Assembly: GCA_002898355.1 (NCBI GenBank)
Contig: BEHD01000012.1
Location: forward strand, 1 to 24,000
Source of the DNA: an archaeon HR01
GTDB taxonomy: Archaea; Thermoproteota; Nitrososphaeria_A; Caldarchaeales; Caldarchaeaceae
Reading direction: 5' to 3'
Length of the DNA stretch: 24,000 nucleotides
Positions 1 to 8,455 of this stretch are shown one piece after another; the stretch's first letter is position 1; each line of letters begins with the position of its first letter. A model generated the notes under the pieces. It worked only from the letters and a program-made list of their open reading frames with translations, was not told the DNA's origin and searched no databases. The translations under genes were made by a program, and so were the position numbers.

Positions 1-5
1 AGACC

Positions 6-97
6 GGGCCCGTAGCTCAGTCAGGTAGAGAGAACTCCAATCCTACAGCACCGGGCTCTTAACCCGGGGGTCGCGGGATCAAAGCCCGCCGGGCCCG
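6..97 (+). tRNA. tRNA-Lys (anticodon CUU) with an ~18-nt non-canonical intron in the 3' half of the D-arm (about 31-48; boundary ambiguous by up to 2 nt because the intron starts and ends with AG)
   Basis: Hand-folded cloverleaf. Acceptor GGGCCCG(6-12)/CGGGCCC(90-96). D-stem GCUC(15-18) pairs with GAG(28-30)+C49 only after 31-48 is removed. Anticodon stem CCGGG(51-55)/CCCGG(63-67) with loop CUCUUAA. T-stem GCGGG(73-77)/CCCGC(85-89). Discriminator G97. Confidence 0.8.
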
Positions 98-229
98 CAT
101 CAAAGATGGTTGGAGCCAAAGCGCCTTTTCTCAACTCAATCGTGCCATATAGGAAATTCTAGCCTCAATCATCCGCCATACATTAGTCATAACATCCAGA
201 TGTCCCATCATCCCTCTAAGACATAAATA

Positions 230-1450
230 ATGAATGGAGACTGGCCGAGCATGCTGAGTAGAATAGTTGACGCTCATATCCACAAACCTCGGAATGTTGG
301 CTTGGTGGCCACCTACAAAACATGGGCGAGGGGGTTTGCCAGCAGGTATGGGATGGAATCATTAGAGGAGGCCTTCACATGGCAGATGATGGCGGCACCA
401 CGTATAAGGAGCATCCTCACATACCTAGCACAGGTCTATAATATAGAACCTGATATAGATGTTGTTGAGGCAAAAATATCTGATATCATGGCTGAGGGGT
501 TCGAAGAGTATGTGAGGTCGGTCATGGATAGGGAGGGCATAGGACATGCTATAATGGATCTGTCCCTCGAAGTTGAGGAAGTAGAGGAGGTATCACAGGC
601 ATTGGATGGACTGCCTTCAGGTAGATTCTCATGGACTTTCAACATAGTGGATATGCTCCATCCCAGCTGGGCGGTGTCTAGGGGTGTGAGAGACATAAGA
701 GAGCTGGTGGATGCTATATCGAAGCAGCTGATTCGATTGAAGGAAGATGGGTGCCGCGGACTAAAGAACTCTATGGCCTACTACAGGGGCTTGGGTATAT
801 CTGCGGTCGATGAGGAGCGGGCCGACCTAGCTTACAGATGGCTATCCAAGAACAAGCCCTACAAATATGTCGATTCCTTCCCGAGACCCATCCCCAAATA
901 TCCGGATGGTGACGCCAACAATCATCACCTAGCATATCAGGACTATATCCTCAAGCACATATATGTTGAGGCGGGGAGGTTGGGGCTCCCAATACTTATA
1001 CATGTAGCTAGCGCATTACATCCAGCATTAACACCAATTAACAATGACCCACGAGGGCTATACACAGTATTGGAAGATAGAGAAATAATACGTGCTGGCA
1101 CAAGATTCCTAATACTTCACGGTGGATACCCCCTGCACAGGGAGGTGGCCACAATACTGAGCCAGCATCCCAACGCATACGTAGATCTATCCTTCTTCAG
1201 CCAGTATCCTGCCATTCTTGAAGAGATGCTAACCACATTTCTGCAGCTGGCGCCTCATACCAAGATTATGCATGGCAGTGACTCCAACTTCTTCGCCGAA
1301 ATAATGGCTTATGCGGCCTACAACGTGAGAAGATGCCTTGATAGAGTTCTTCTCAGATTCGAGAACTACTGGGGATGGAGCAGTAAGCATTGTAGGGTCG
1401 TGTATGAGTCGGTTCTGAGTAGGAATGCGGAGGCTTTCTTCTCCCTGTGA
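230..1450 (+). CDS. Metal-dependent amidohydrolase-like TIM-barrel hydrolase (amidohydrolase-2-like)
   Basis: 406-aa ORF with N-terminal IVDAHIH, then LILHGGYP and IMHGSDSNF, which are metal-ligand-type motifs of amidohydrolase-fold enzymes. The TATA-like CATAAATA (222-229) abuts ATG 230, so ATG 251 (MLSRIVDAHIH) may be the real leaderless start. Confidence 0.55.
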   Translation: MNGDWPSMLSRIVDAHIHKPRNVGLVATYKTWARGFASRYGMESLEEAFTWQMMAAPRIRSILTYLAQVYNIEPDIDVVEAKISDIMAEGFEEYVRSVMDREGIGHAIMDLSLEVEEVEEVSQALDGLPSGRFSWTFNIVDMLHPSWAVSRGVRDIRELVDAISKQLIRLKEDGCRGLKNSMAYYRGLGISAVDEERADLAYRWLSKNKPYKYVDSFPRPIPKYPDGDANNHHLAYQDYILKHIYVEAGRLGLPILIHVASALHPALTPINNDPRGLYTVLEDREIIRAGTRFLILHGGYPLHREVATILSQHPNAYVDLSFFSQYPAILEEMLTTFLQLAPHTKIMHGSDSNFFAEIMAYAAYNVRRCLDRVLLRFENYWGWSSKHCRVVYESVLSRNAEAFFSL

Positions 1451-1688
1451 TGGATGGTCTCCACAAACAGCATCTTCGTATATTTTAGCCAGAGTTGGGA
1501 TGATAGTAGGTATTTAGAAGGGTGATCGCTGATCTTAGGGGTAAAAGCTTATAATGATGACACACATGAATGAGAACCCAAAACACCTAGAATAGCCCAG
1601 CTGAGCTTTGCGACCCACAACCATCTTGTTTATATGTTGGGTTCTTACGCTAGGGTTTTTCTAATGCTTTGGCAAAGCTCAACAGGGT

Positions 1689-2720
1689 TTGAGGGACATC
1701 CTGATTGTATCGCCTACGAGTGAGGGCTTGGGTGGCGTGGCATCCCATGTCGGAGCCCTGGCCTCTAGACTATCGGCGGCCGGTTTCATGGTGGATGTCA
1801 TCTCATCGAGTAACACACCTATCATAGGTTTGAAAGGTCTTAAGAACCCATCCTTCGCCCTCACCTCACCCTTGAAAGCTTGGAGAGGTAGGTGGAGGGT
1901 GGTCCACGCCCACAACATACCCTCAGCAACGGCTATGAGGACCGCTCGAGCAGGCCTAAAAGTTCTCACGATACATGGTTTCTACTCGGAACAGGTAAAG
2001 TTTCTCCATGGAAAAATCCTAGGCGGTATAGGTTCTTGGTTTGAGAGGAAGGCGTTATCATGGGCCGATGTTATCACGGCCGTATCGAAAAATGCTGTGG
2101 AAGTGTATAGGAGTATGGGTTTCGAGGTAAAGCACATCCCCAACGCAATCGACTTGGACACCCTCAAGTATATCCCGAAGCGGGTCAAGACGCCACAGGT
2201 TGTTTATGTGGGCAGATTCTCCAAGGAGAAGGGGGTGGACATGTTGCTGGATGCCTCGGAGAGGGCGAGGGAGCTAAACTTTGTTTTGGTGGGCTCGGGG
2301 CCTCTGAAACCCCTGCTGTCGAGAAGGGCTGCTGAACTACCCAACGTCACAGTGGTAGGGCCTGTGCCCCATAACGAGGCCCTCGGATATATTGCAGGCT
2401 CTGACGTTCTGGTCCTTCCATCCAGACTTGAAGGGTTGAGCACAGTTATCCTTGAAGCGATGGCCCTAAAAACACCTGTTGTGGCATCGGATGTGGGTGG
2501 GAACAGGGAGCTTGTGGAGGATGGTGTGACAGGCCTGCTGGTAAAGGTTGGAGACATCGAAGGGTTGGTGGAAAAAATCGCAAGGCTCTGTAACGATTCG
2601 AAACTATCGGCCAGACTCGTTGAGGAGGCATATAAAAGGGTTAAGTCGGAGTATAGCTGGAGCAGAGTATTCCACGAATATCTGAAGGTGTACGGGCTGG
2701 AAGGTGATATGCGGTCTTGA
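1689..2720 (+). CDS. Glycosyltransferase, GT4 (GT-B fold) family
   Basis: N-terminal ILIVSP...GGVASHV, then GRFSKEKGVDMLLDA and the EX7E region PSRLEGLSTVILEAMALKTPVVASDVGGNRELVEDGVTGLLV. The TTG start is the only start codon after the in-frame stop at 1662-1664. Confidence 0.85.
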   Translation: MRDILIVSPTSEGLGGVASHVGALASRLSAAGFMVDVISSSNTPIIGLKGLKNPSFALTSPLKAWRGRWRVVHAHNIPSATAMRTARAGLKVLTIHGFYSEQVKFLHGKILGGIGSWFERKALSWADVITAVSKNAVEVYRSMGFEVKHIPNAIDLDTLKYIPKRVKTPQVVYVGRFSKEKGVDMLLDASERARELNFVLVGSGPLKPLLSRRAAELPNVTVVGPVPHNEALGYIAGSDVLVLPSRLEGLSTVILEAMALKTPVVASDVGGNRELVEDGVTGLLVKVGDIEGLVEKIARLCNDSKLSARLVEEAYKRVKSEYSWSRVFHEYLKVYGLEGDMRS

Positions 2721-3640
2721 GGGTTGTGGTTACGGGAGGGGCAGGATTCATAGGCTCAAGGCTGGTGGCGAGGCTGGCGGAGCTGGGAGACGAGGTGACC
2801 GTGATAGACGACCTCTCAAAGGGTAGAATAGAGAACCTGAAAAAACTCCTCGACAGCCATCACGTAAGACTCCACATCCTCGACATAACAGAACGGGAAA
2901 AAATATCTGAGAGACTTGATGACTCTGAGGCTTTAGTCCATCTCGCAGCCATAAGCTCTGTCACAGAGGCGGAGACACAGCCGGCCAGGGCCTTCAGGGT
3001 TAACGTAATGGGAACTGAGTTCATCTTAGAGTCATGTATCCGTAAAAAGGTTAGGAAGGCGATATTTGCATCCTCGGCGGCTGTCTTCGGAGATGGTGGC
3101 AGGCCTTTCACCGAGAAAGACCCGCCAAACCCACAGAACGTCTATGGAGCCACAAAAGTTCTTGGTGAGAGGCTGTTCGAGTCTTATGCCTACAGGCATG
3201 GCTTACATTCGGTTGTCCTTAGAATCTTCAACGTGTATGGTGGGGGGATGGCAGGCCAGGGGGTGGTGGATAGATTCATCACAGCATGTCTGTCCGGTAA
3301 GCCTTTAGAAATATACGGTGACGGACTACAGATGAGGGATTTCATCCACGTGGATGACGTGGTGGAAGCCTTCATAAAATCCCTAGATTTTGAGCCATCC
3401 GAGAATTTCGCAAGGTTCAACATCGGCTCCGGGCAACCCCTCACCATAGCAGAGCTTGCAGGAATGATTTTAAGGATGTTCGGAGCCTCAGACCATATGC
3501 TAATCCATAGAGAGGCTAGGCCGGGCGATATCAGATTTAGCGTCGCAGATATCTCGCAGGCCAGAACCGTTCTGGGTTTTGAGCCGAGGATAAGGGTTAA
3601 GGATTGGGTTAAAAAAGTGGCTATGGAGATGCGGTCATAG
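2717..3640 (+). CDS. NAD-dependent sugar epimerase/dehydratase (extended SDR, UDP-glucose 4-epimerase-like)
   Basis: Rossmann motif VVVTGGAGFIGSRLV and catalytic YGATK. The TTG start overlaps the GT4 stop (TTGA at 2717-2720), which implies an operon. Confidence 0.85.
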   Translation: MRVVVTGGAGFIGSRLVARLAELGDEVTVIDDLSKGRIENLKKLLDSHHVRLHILDITEREKISERLDDSEALVHLAAISSVTEAETQPARAFRVNVMGTEFILESCIRKKVRKAIFASSAAVFGDGGRPFTEKDPPNPQNVYGATKVLGERLFESYAYRHGLHSVVLRIFNVYGGGMAGQGVVDRFITACLSGKPLEIYGDGLQMRDFIHVDDVVEAFIKSLDFEPSENFARFNIGSGQPLTIAELAGMILRMFGASDHMLIHREARPGDIRFSVADISQARTVLGFEPRIRVKDWVKKVAMEMRS

Positions 3641-4324
3641 ATGGTTCTAACAGCTAAGATATTCGAGGTTAAGCAGCCCGCCACACTGGAGGAGATAGCC
3701 CTCAAGCTCAACTCCGTAAGACTTGTAGAGAACGAGAAGGTCGGTGATACCGAGTTTGAGCTGGTAACATCCGTTGGCGAGCTCTCGGCTGCTGGGGGGA
3801 GGCTTGAAGCGGTCTTCTCCAGGGACAAAATTATGATGGTTAACCAGAGGGGGAAGATGACACCTGTGTTGAAGACAGTCACAGCTCCGATTATCCTGTG
3901 GAAAAGAGATGATCGGACATTCCTGATGGTTATTCAGAAGAAGCATTTCGCCAACTTTGTGGCGTCATTTCTATCACACCAGCTCTTTCTAAACTATCGC
4001 AGCATAGTGGAGGCGAACATAACAGCCGAGAGCCTGAGACGTTTCCATGAGATGAACCCTGAAGCAACTAAGGTCATCTATTTCGACGACCTCGACTTTC
4101 CCGGGGTGGATAAGGTGGCTCTCTACGGCGAATCCCTAAGCAACACTGGTAAATATGAGGAGTACCTATCACACGGAAAGATATGGTATCTAGTCTTTTC
4201 CGTGCGGGGTACAAATGCTGTACTCGGCGTTAGTAGAAACTGTGTGGTTGTATCATTCTCTAGGATATCCGAGTCACAGTTCATAGAATACATCCTCGAA
4301 AACGTCTTCCCACTAGTCTCCTAG
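3641..4324 (+). CDS. Hypothetical protein, 227 aa, no recognisable family
   Basis: Long ORF whose ATG directly abuts the epimerase stop (TAG 3638-3640, ATG 3641). Codon usage is coding-like. No TM segments, signal peptide or motifs that I can name. Confidence 0.6.
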   Translation: MVLTAKIFEVKQPATLEEIALKLNSVRLVENEKVGDTEFELVTSVGELSAAGGRLEAVFSRDKIMMVNQRGKMTPVLKTVTAPIILWKRDDRTFLMVIQKKHFANFVASFLSHQLFLNYRSIVEANITAESLRRFHEMNPEATKVIYFDDLDFPGVDKVALYGESLSNTGKYEEYLSHGKIWYLVFSVRGTNAVLGVSRNCVVVSFSRISESQFIEYILENVFPLVS

Positions 4325-5118
4325 ATATAGGCCCTTTGGGCCACATCCGATAGCTTCATGTATATGCGCTCGAGGATGAGTGGGGCGAGGGATTCTGCCT
4401 TGGGTGGGTTCGACACGTAGATGATGAGCTGCAGGTCGACGTTGTCACCGTCCACACCTACTACTCTCACTTCTGCAGCCCTTCCAGCAGCCATCTCGCT
4501 CTTTGCCAAATCGGTGCCGGTCTTAAGCATCACCAGCTTGGCATCCTGTATAGAAATATTTCTCGTGTTTACGCGGACGGTGACGGAGAAGACTCCGGCA
4601 CCAGACTTCGAAAAATTCACCGCCCGAGTGTTTAGGAGATATGTGTTGGGGATAAAAACCTTCTTCAAATCCGATGTCATCAACATGGTGTTAAACGTGT
4701 TTATCCCAACAACCCTGACTATCTTCCCATCCAGCTCAAGGTAGTCGCCGGGTCTGAATGCACCACCTATCCTCAGAATGTCTCCCGCAAACAATTCTCT
4801 CAGAGGTGTGTAGAGGAGAAACAGCACGGCAGTGTACAGTCCTAGGACAGCGTATAGTTGCCAGTTTTCCTGGAGAATCCAGAGAAGGCCTAGGGGCGCC
4901 CCAGCAAGGAATATGACAGAGCTGGCCAGTCTAAAGAGACCGCCTAAGGAGATAGAGAATCTATCGATAAGGCTGGCCACTACCAGCCTCAGAAAAGCTA
5001 TGGCTGAGATGCAGAACGTGGAGTAGGTTATCAAGTTCAGGAGGTCCTGGGAGATTATGGCTTTGGCGACATCTTCCAACATGGGTACGGCCATAGACCG
5101 TATCTTGCGGGCCTCCAT
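4321..5118 (-). CDS. Small-conductance mechanosensitive channel (MscS family)
   Basis: Hydrophobic N-terminal helices followed by the MscS beta-domain signature GDYLELDGKIVRVVGINTFNTMLMTSDLKKVFIPNTYLL. Confidence 0.7.
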   Translation of the reverse strand: MEARKIRSMAVPMLEDVAKAIISQDLLNLITYSTFCISAIAFLRLVVASLIDRFSISLGGLFRLASSVIFLAGAPLGLLWILQENWQLYAVLGLYTAVLFLLYTPLRELFAGDILRIGGAFRPGDYLELDGKIVRVVGINTFNTMLMTSDLKKVFIPNTYLLNTRAVNFSKSGAGVFSVTVRVNTRNISIQDAKLVMLKTGTDLAKSEMAAGRAAEVRVVGVDGDNVDLQLIIYVSNPPKAESLAPLILERIYMKLSDVAQRAYI

Positions 5119-5172
5119 TTAACTGCGGCAACTAGAAAAACCGACGGTATATCCTCGGCATTACCCCGATAT

Positions 5173-5388
5173 CTATCCCCGGCTTTTGAAGAAATCGAGG
5201 TATGGGTCCCTGCCAATCTCTGATGTTTTTATGAGCTTGGCAGTCATAGACTTATTTTTCTTGATGACGTTGTAGCCGCATACAGGACACTTTGTCTCCG
5301 CAACCTTGGATAGCTTCTCCCTCTCAAATACCAGTCCGCATCTTACGCATTTGTATGTTATCTTCTGTGCGACGTTTCCCTCCGCCAA
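5173..5388 (-). CDS. rpoP: DNA-directed RNA polymerase subunit Rpo12/RpoP-like zinc ribbon (longer than typical)
   Basis: YKCVRCGLVFEREKLSKVAETKCPVCGYNVIKK matches the RpoP pattern Y-x-C-x2-C ... CP-x-CG-(Y)-x-I/V. TTG is the only plausible start after the in-frame stop at 5407-5409. At 71 aa it has N- and C-terminal extensions relative to the usual ~45-50 aa. Confidence 0.6.
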   Translation of the reverse strand: MAEGNVAQKITYKCVRCGLVFEREKLSKVAETKCPVCGYNVIKKNKSMTAKLIKTSEIGRDPYLDFFKSRG

Positions 5389-5471
5389 CCCAGTCAGATA
5401 TTCAGCTTAATGGTTAAAGATAAAGATGTTCCGATAGAGCTAAATAAGCAGAGCTAATAAGCCACAGGAGG

Positions 5472-7103
5472 ATGTCCCTAACCCGTATACCAGCCCTGCT
5501 GGTCTACCTGAATGTCTTCGCTTCTGGGGTTGTTGTTATGGTCTTGGAGCTGACGGGCAGCAGGCTTCTCGCCCCAGTCTTCGGCAACAGCATATTCGTC
5601 TGGGGAAGCTTGATCGGTGTAGTCTTGTCAGCACTCTCAGCGGGATATGCGCTGGGTGGGAAGCTGGCCGACCGCTCACCCACTGCCAGGTCATTCGCCA
5701 CCATCATATTCTCGGCTGGCTTGTTGACGGCTGCAACCCCCTACATTTCACCGATGGCTTTGGAGGCCATCCACTCATTACAGCTGGATGAAAGGTTCGG
5801 ACCCCTACTAGCCACAACATCCATCCTACTCCTCCCAACAATTCTGATGGGTATGGTCACACCGTTCGGAGTACGCCTCGTAACCTCCAGCAGATGGACT
5901 GTCGGAAGCTCCTCCGGAAACATATATTCACTCTCAACCATAGGAAGCATAGTGGGAACGTTCACCACCGTATTCGTGCTGATACCCCTGACAGATGTGA
6001 GGAGTATCATCCTGGGTTCTGGTCTGGTTCTGATGGCTTTCTCGGTGCCACTTCTGGGAAAAGGGCCTAAGGTTCTTCTGGCTTTGCTGCTGGTTTTCAG
6101 CCTATCCCCATTAGGCTACTACACCCAGCAGATAGCCGCTACATCAGGCGATGTGGTCTTCTCAAAGGAAACACCATACAATAGCTTGGCGGTTGTCGAG
6201 CGGGACAGTATACGCACATTATATCTCAACGGCCTCCCACACAGCGCAATGAACATCACCAACCCAACCCAGCTATTGTATAGGTACACCCGCTTCTTCG
6301 AGGCCGGATACGCCGCAACCAATGACGCGGAGAGAGTATTATTTGTGGGTGGCGGAGGATTTTCAGGCCCAAAATATTTCCTCGAAAAATTTCCTACAGT
6401 GTATGTGGATGTGGTGGAGCTGGACCCTGAAGTGATATCCACAGCCCTGACATACTTCAAAGTCCCATCCGACGAGAGGTTGACCATCTTAAATGATGAC
6501 GGCAGACGTTACCTCGACTCCGCCGACAAGGTATACGACCTAATTGTGTTAGATGCCTACGCCAAAACCTATGTCCCGTTTCATCTGATGACTGTAGAGT
6601 TTTTCCGTCTAGTCTCGGAGAAGCTGGATGCCGACGGTGTGGTGGTTAGCAACCTGATAGCATCCCTATACGGCGACACATCCACCATATTCTGGTCAGT
6701 TTATAAGACCATGTCATCCGTATTCCCTAGAATGTTTATCTATACCGCTTCCGAGGTTTCGGGAGGGCTTGTGCAGAACCTTATCGTCATAGCATGTAAA
6801 AACCCCCAATGCGTGATAGACTACAACAAACTAGCCGATAAGGGTTTAAAAGAGCTGCTAGAGAAAAGCCTATGGACATCTATACCGGTTCTCGACGATT
6901 ATCCCATTCTTACAGACGCTTATTCGCCGGTCGAGAATATGATAAACCCAGTTACGGGCCGGCCGTACTCTATCGCACTTGAGGCATATCAGGCAGCTCC
7001 CGCCACACTTTTCTACACGGGCAGCAACAGCCTTTCTCTCACCATAGTCTTCATATCCCTCACCTACTGGTTTTTCTCCGTTGCTTTAAGGAAAGATAAT
7101 TAA
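5472..7103 (+). CDS. Membrane-anchored spermidine synthase-like aminopropyl/methyltransferase-fold protein
   Basis: The N-terminal ~210 aa are strongly hydrophobic with multiple TM helices. The C-terminal domain has the SAM/dcSAM-binding LFVGGGGFSGPKYFL...VDVVELDPEVI and the acidic DLIVLDAY motif. There is one further C-terminal TM helix. Confidence 0.7.
   Translation: MSLTRIPALLVYLNVFASGVVVMVLELTGSRLLAPVFGNSIFVWGSLIGVVLSALSAGYALGGKLADRSPTARSFATIIFSAGLLTAATPYISPMALEAIHSLQLDERFGPLLATTSILLLPTILMGMVTPFGVRLVTSSRWTVGSSSGNIYSLSTIGSIVGTFTTVFVLIPLTDVRSIILGSGLVLMAFSVPLLGKGPKVLLALLLVFSLSPLGYYTQQIAATSGDVVFSKETPYNSLAVVERDSIRTLYLNGLPHSAMNITNPTQLLYRYTRFFEAGYAATNDAERVLFVGGGGFSGPKYFLEKFPTVYVDVVELDPEVISTALTYFKVPSDERLTILNDDGRRYLDSADKVYDLIVLDAYAKTYVPFHLMTVEFFRLVSEKLDADGVVVSNLIASLYGDTSTIFWSVYKTMSSVFPRMFIYTASEVSGGLVQNLIVIACKNPQCVIDYNKLADKGLKELLEKSLWTSIPVLDDYPILTDAYSPVENMINPVTGRPYSIALEAYQAAPATLFYTGSNSLSLTIVFISLTYWFFSVALRKDN
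7096..7103 (+). promoter_or_regulatory. TATA-like box of the PRTase gene (ATAATTAA), overlapping the stop codon of the upstream gene
   Basis: It ends 23 nt upstream of GTG 7127 and contains the TAA stop (7101-7103) of the spermidine-synthase-like gene. Confidence 0.4.
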
Positions 7104-7126
7104 GTAAACCAGCACCAGATTTATCC

Positions 7127-7777
7127 GTGCTATTCAGCGACAGACATCATGCGGGGGTGGAGGTGGCCAGGATGCTTTCCCACTACAAGGGTGAGAACTG
7201 TATAGTCCTCGCAATCCCCCGAGGCGGTGTGGTCGTCGGATATGAGGTGGCCAAGCACTTGGGCTCACCCCTTGACGTCATAGTGCCTAGAAAGTTGGGT
7301 GCTCCAGGACAGCCGGAGCTGGCTGTGGGCGCCGTATCAGAGGATGGAACCATCTACCTAGACGATGAAATCGTAAAGCTGACCGGTGTCGACCGGAGAT
7401 ATGTTGAGGAGACGGCGGAGGCTGAGATGGGGGAGATTAGGAGGAGGGTGAGCGTCTATAGGGAGGGCCGGCCCAGCCTAGATGTAGCCGGCAGGATTGT
7501 TATCCTGGTTGACGACGGCCTCGCCACAGGCTCCACCGTCATAGCGGCTATCAGGCATCTCAGGAAGCTCGGCCCCGTAAAGATTGTGGTGGCCGTGCCT
7601 GTTGCGTCCAGGGAGGCCTTGGCCAGGGTTAGGAAGGAGGCTGACGAAGTCTACTGCAGGTATTCACCCAGCATATTCTACGCTATAGGGCAGTTCTACG
7701 AGGACTTTGAACAGGTCTCCGATGAGGAGGTCTTAAACATTCTCAACGAACTCCGTGGAAGAGGTGTCCCGGGCTAG
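7127..7777 (+). CDS. Phosphoribosyltransferase-domain protein (type I PRTase fold, substrate unknown)
   Basis: PRPP-binding loop VILVDDGLATGSTV, plus N-terminal FSDRHHAG...LAIPRGGVVVG. GTG start lies 23 nt downstream of ATAATTAA (7096-7103). Confidence 0.75.
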   Translation: MLFSDRHHAGVEVARMLSHYKGENCIVLAIPRGGVVVGYEVAKHLGSPLDVIVPRKLGAPGQPELAVGAVSEDGTIYLDDEIVKLTGVDRRYVEETAEAEMGEIRRRVSVYREGRPSLDVAGRIVILVDDGLATGSTVIAAIRHLRKLGPVKIVVAVPVASREALARVRKEADEVYCRYSPSIFYAIGQFYEDFEQVSDEEVLNILNELRGRGVPG

Positions 7778-8014
7778 ATGCAGGGTGGGGAGGGCCTATC
7801 CAGCCTAGCATTCATCCTAGGCCTCCTACTGGTACTGCTGGGCCTCATCCTCATGGCGGCACCACTCCTGAGCAAAATAGTGGGAAGCCTCGAAAGAGTT
7901 CATCCACTACTTCTCTGGGGTGTGAGGATTGACGGAGTATTTGTAGGCACTTCACCGCTCCTAATTATAGTACTGATTTTGATCTTCCTGCTTCTCAGGT
8001 ATTGGAGGTGGTGA
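7778..8014 (+). CDS. Small two-TM membrane protein (DUF2905-like architecture, tentative)
   Basis: 78-aa ORF whose ATG abuts the PRTase stop. It has two hydrophobic helices flanking a short RIDGVFVGTSP segment. The family assignment is from memory of that architecture only. Confidence 0.4.
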   Translation: MQGGEGLSSLAFILGLLLVLLGLILMAAPLLSKIVGSLERVHPLLLWGVRIDGVFVGTSPLLIIVLILIFLLLRYWRW

Positions 8015-8440
8015 TCACCTCTTAGAGGCAACCGCCTTGGCTGCCTGTTCTAGGAGCTGCCTACCCTTCGGCGTCAGTACCCTACCCTTCTTGCCGACGG
8101 TGGCTACGAGTCCCGCCTTCTCCAGCTGCTGGAGGATGCGGCGGACTATGGCTCCACCCCCTTTTACATGTCTTGGAGGTCTCATACCCGGCCTATGCCT
8201 GCCACCGTAGTAGGCCCGGAGCCTTGAAACCCCTATAGGTCCCAAGAGATAGAGCTTCCTGATGATTGAGGCCGCCCTTACAAACCACCAGTCGGGGTTT
8301 GTTGGCGGATGCTCCCTGGCCATCGATGTCTTCACGTATTGGGACCACGGCGGCGACTCTATAGACCTTGAGGTTTTGAGATACTCGGCCACCCTATCTA
8401 TTAGCTTGTCTGCGGCCACGCTCTTAACAGTATCCACCAT
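8015..8440 (-). CDS. rps19e: 30S ribosomal protein eS19
   Basis: Full-length match to the eS19 pattern: PPWSQYVKTSMAREHPPTNPDWWFVRAASIIRKLY...GGRHRPGMRPPRHVKGGGAIVRRILQQLEKAGLV. Confidence 0.9.
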   Translation of the reverse strand: MVDTVKSVAADKLIDRVAEYLKTSRSIESPPWSQYVKTSMAREHPPTNPDWWFVRAASIIRKLYLLGPIGVSRLRAYYGGRHRPGMRPPRHVKGGGAIVRRILQQLEKAGLVATVGKKGRVLTPKGRQLLEQAAKAVASKR

Positions 8441-8455
8441 GCAGCACCCACATCC

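Noticed and set aside
1544-1609. Possible C/D box sRNA: AUGAUGA at 1554-1560, CUGA at 1601-1604, flanking AAAGC/GCUUU complementarity
   Set aside because: No recognisable internal D'/C' boxes at the 12-nt guide spacing. The terminal stem is asymmetric, 5 nt from the C box and 0 nt from the D box. The box matches are short enough to occur by chance.
3190-3882. 230-aa minus-strand ORF antisense to the epimerase and hypothetical genes
   Set aside because: Ser/Thr/Leu-rich low-complexity translation with no motifs. It fully overlaps well-supported + strand genes and is a typical shadow ORF of GC-rich, purine-biased coding sequence.
1-7100. Impression that the tRNA-Lys-proximal ~7 kb is lower in GC (possible island next to a tRNA)
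   Set aside because: Hand counts of a few 60-nt lines gave about 40-52% here against about 63% at 7441 and 15301, but about 50% at 19921. The signal is therefore patchy and partly explained by membrane-protein codons. No integrase, direct repeat of the tRNA 3' end or other island hallmark was seen. A proper sliding-window GC/k-mer computation is needed.
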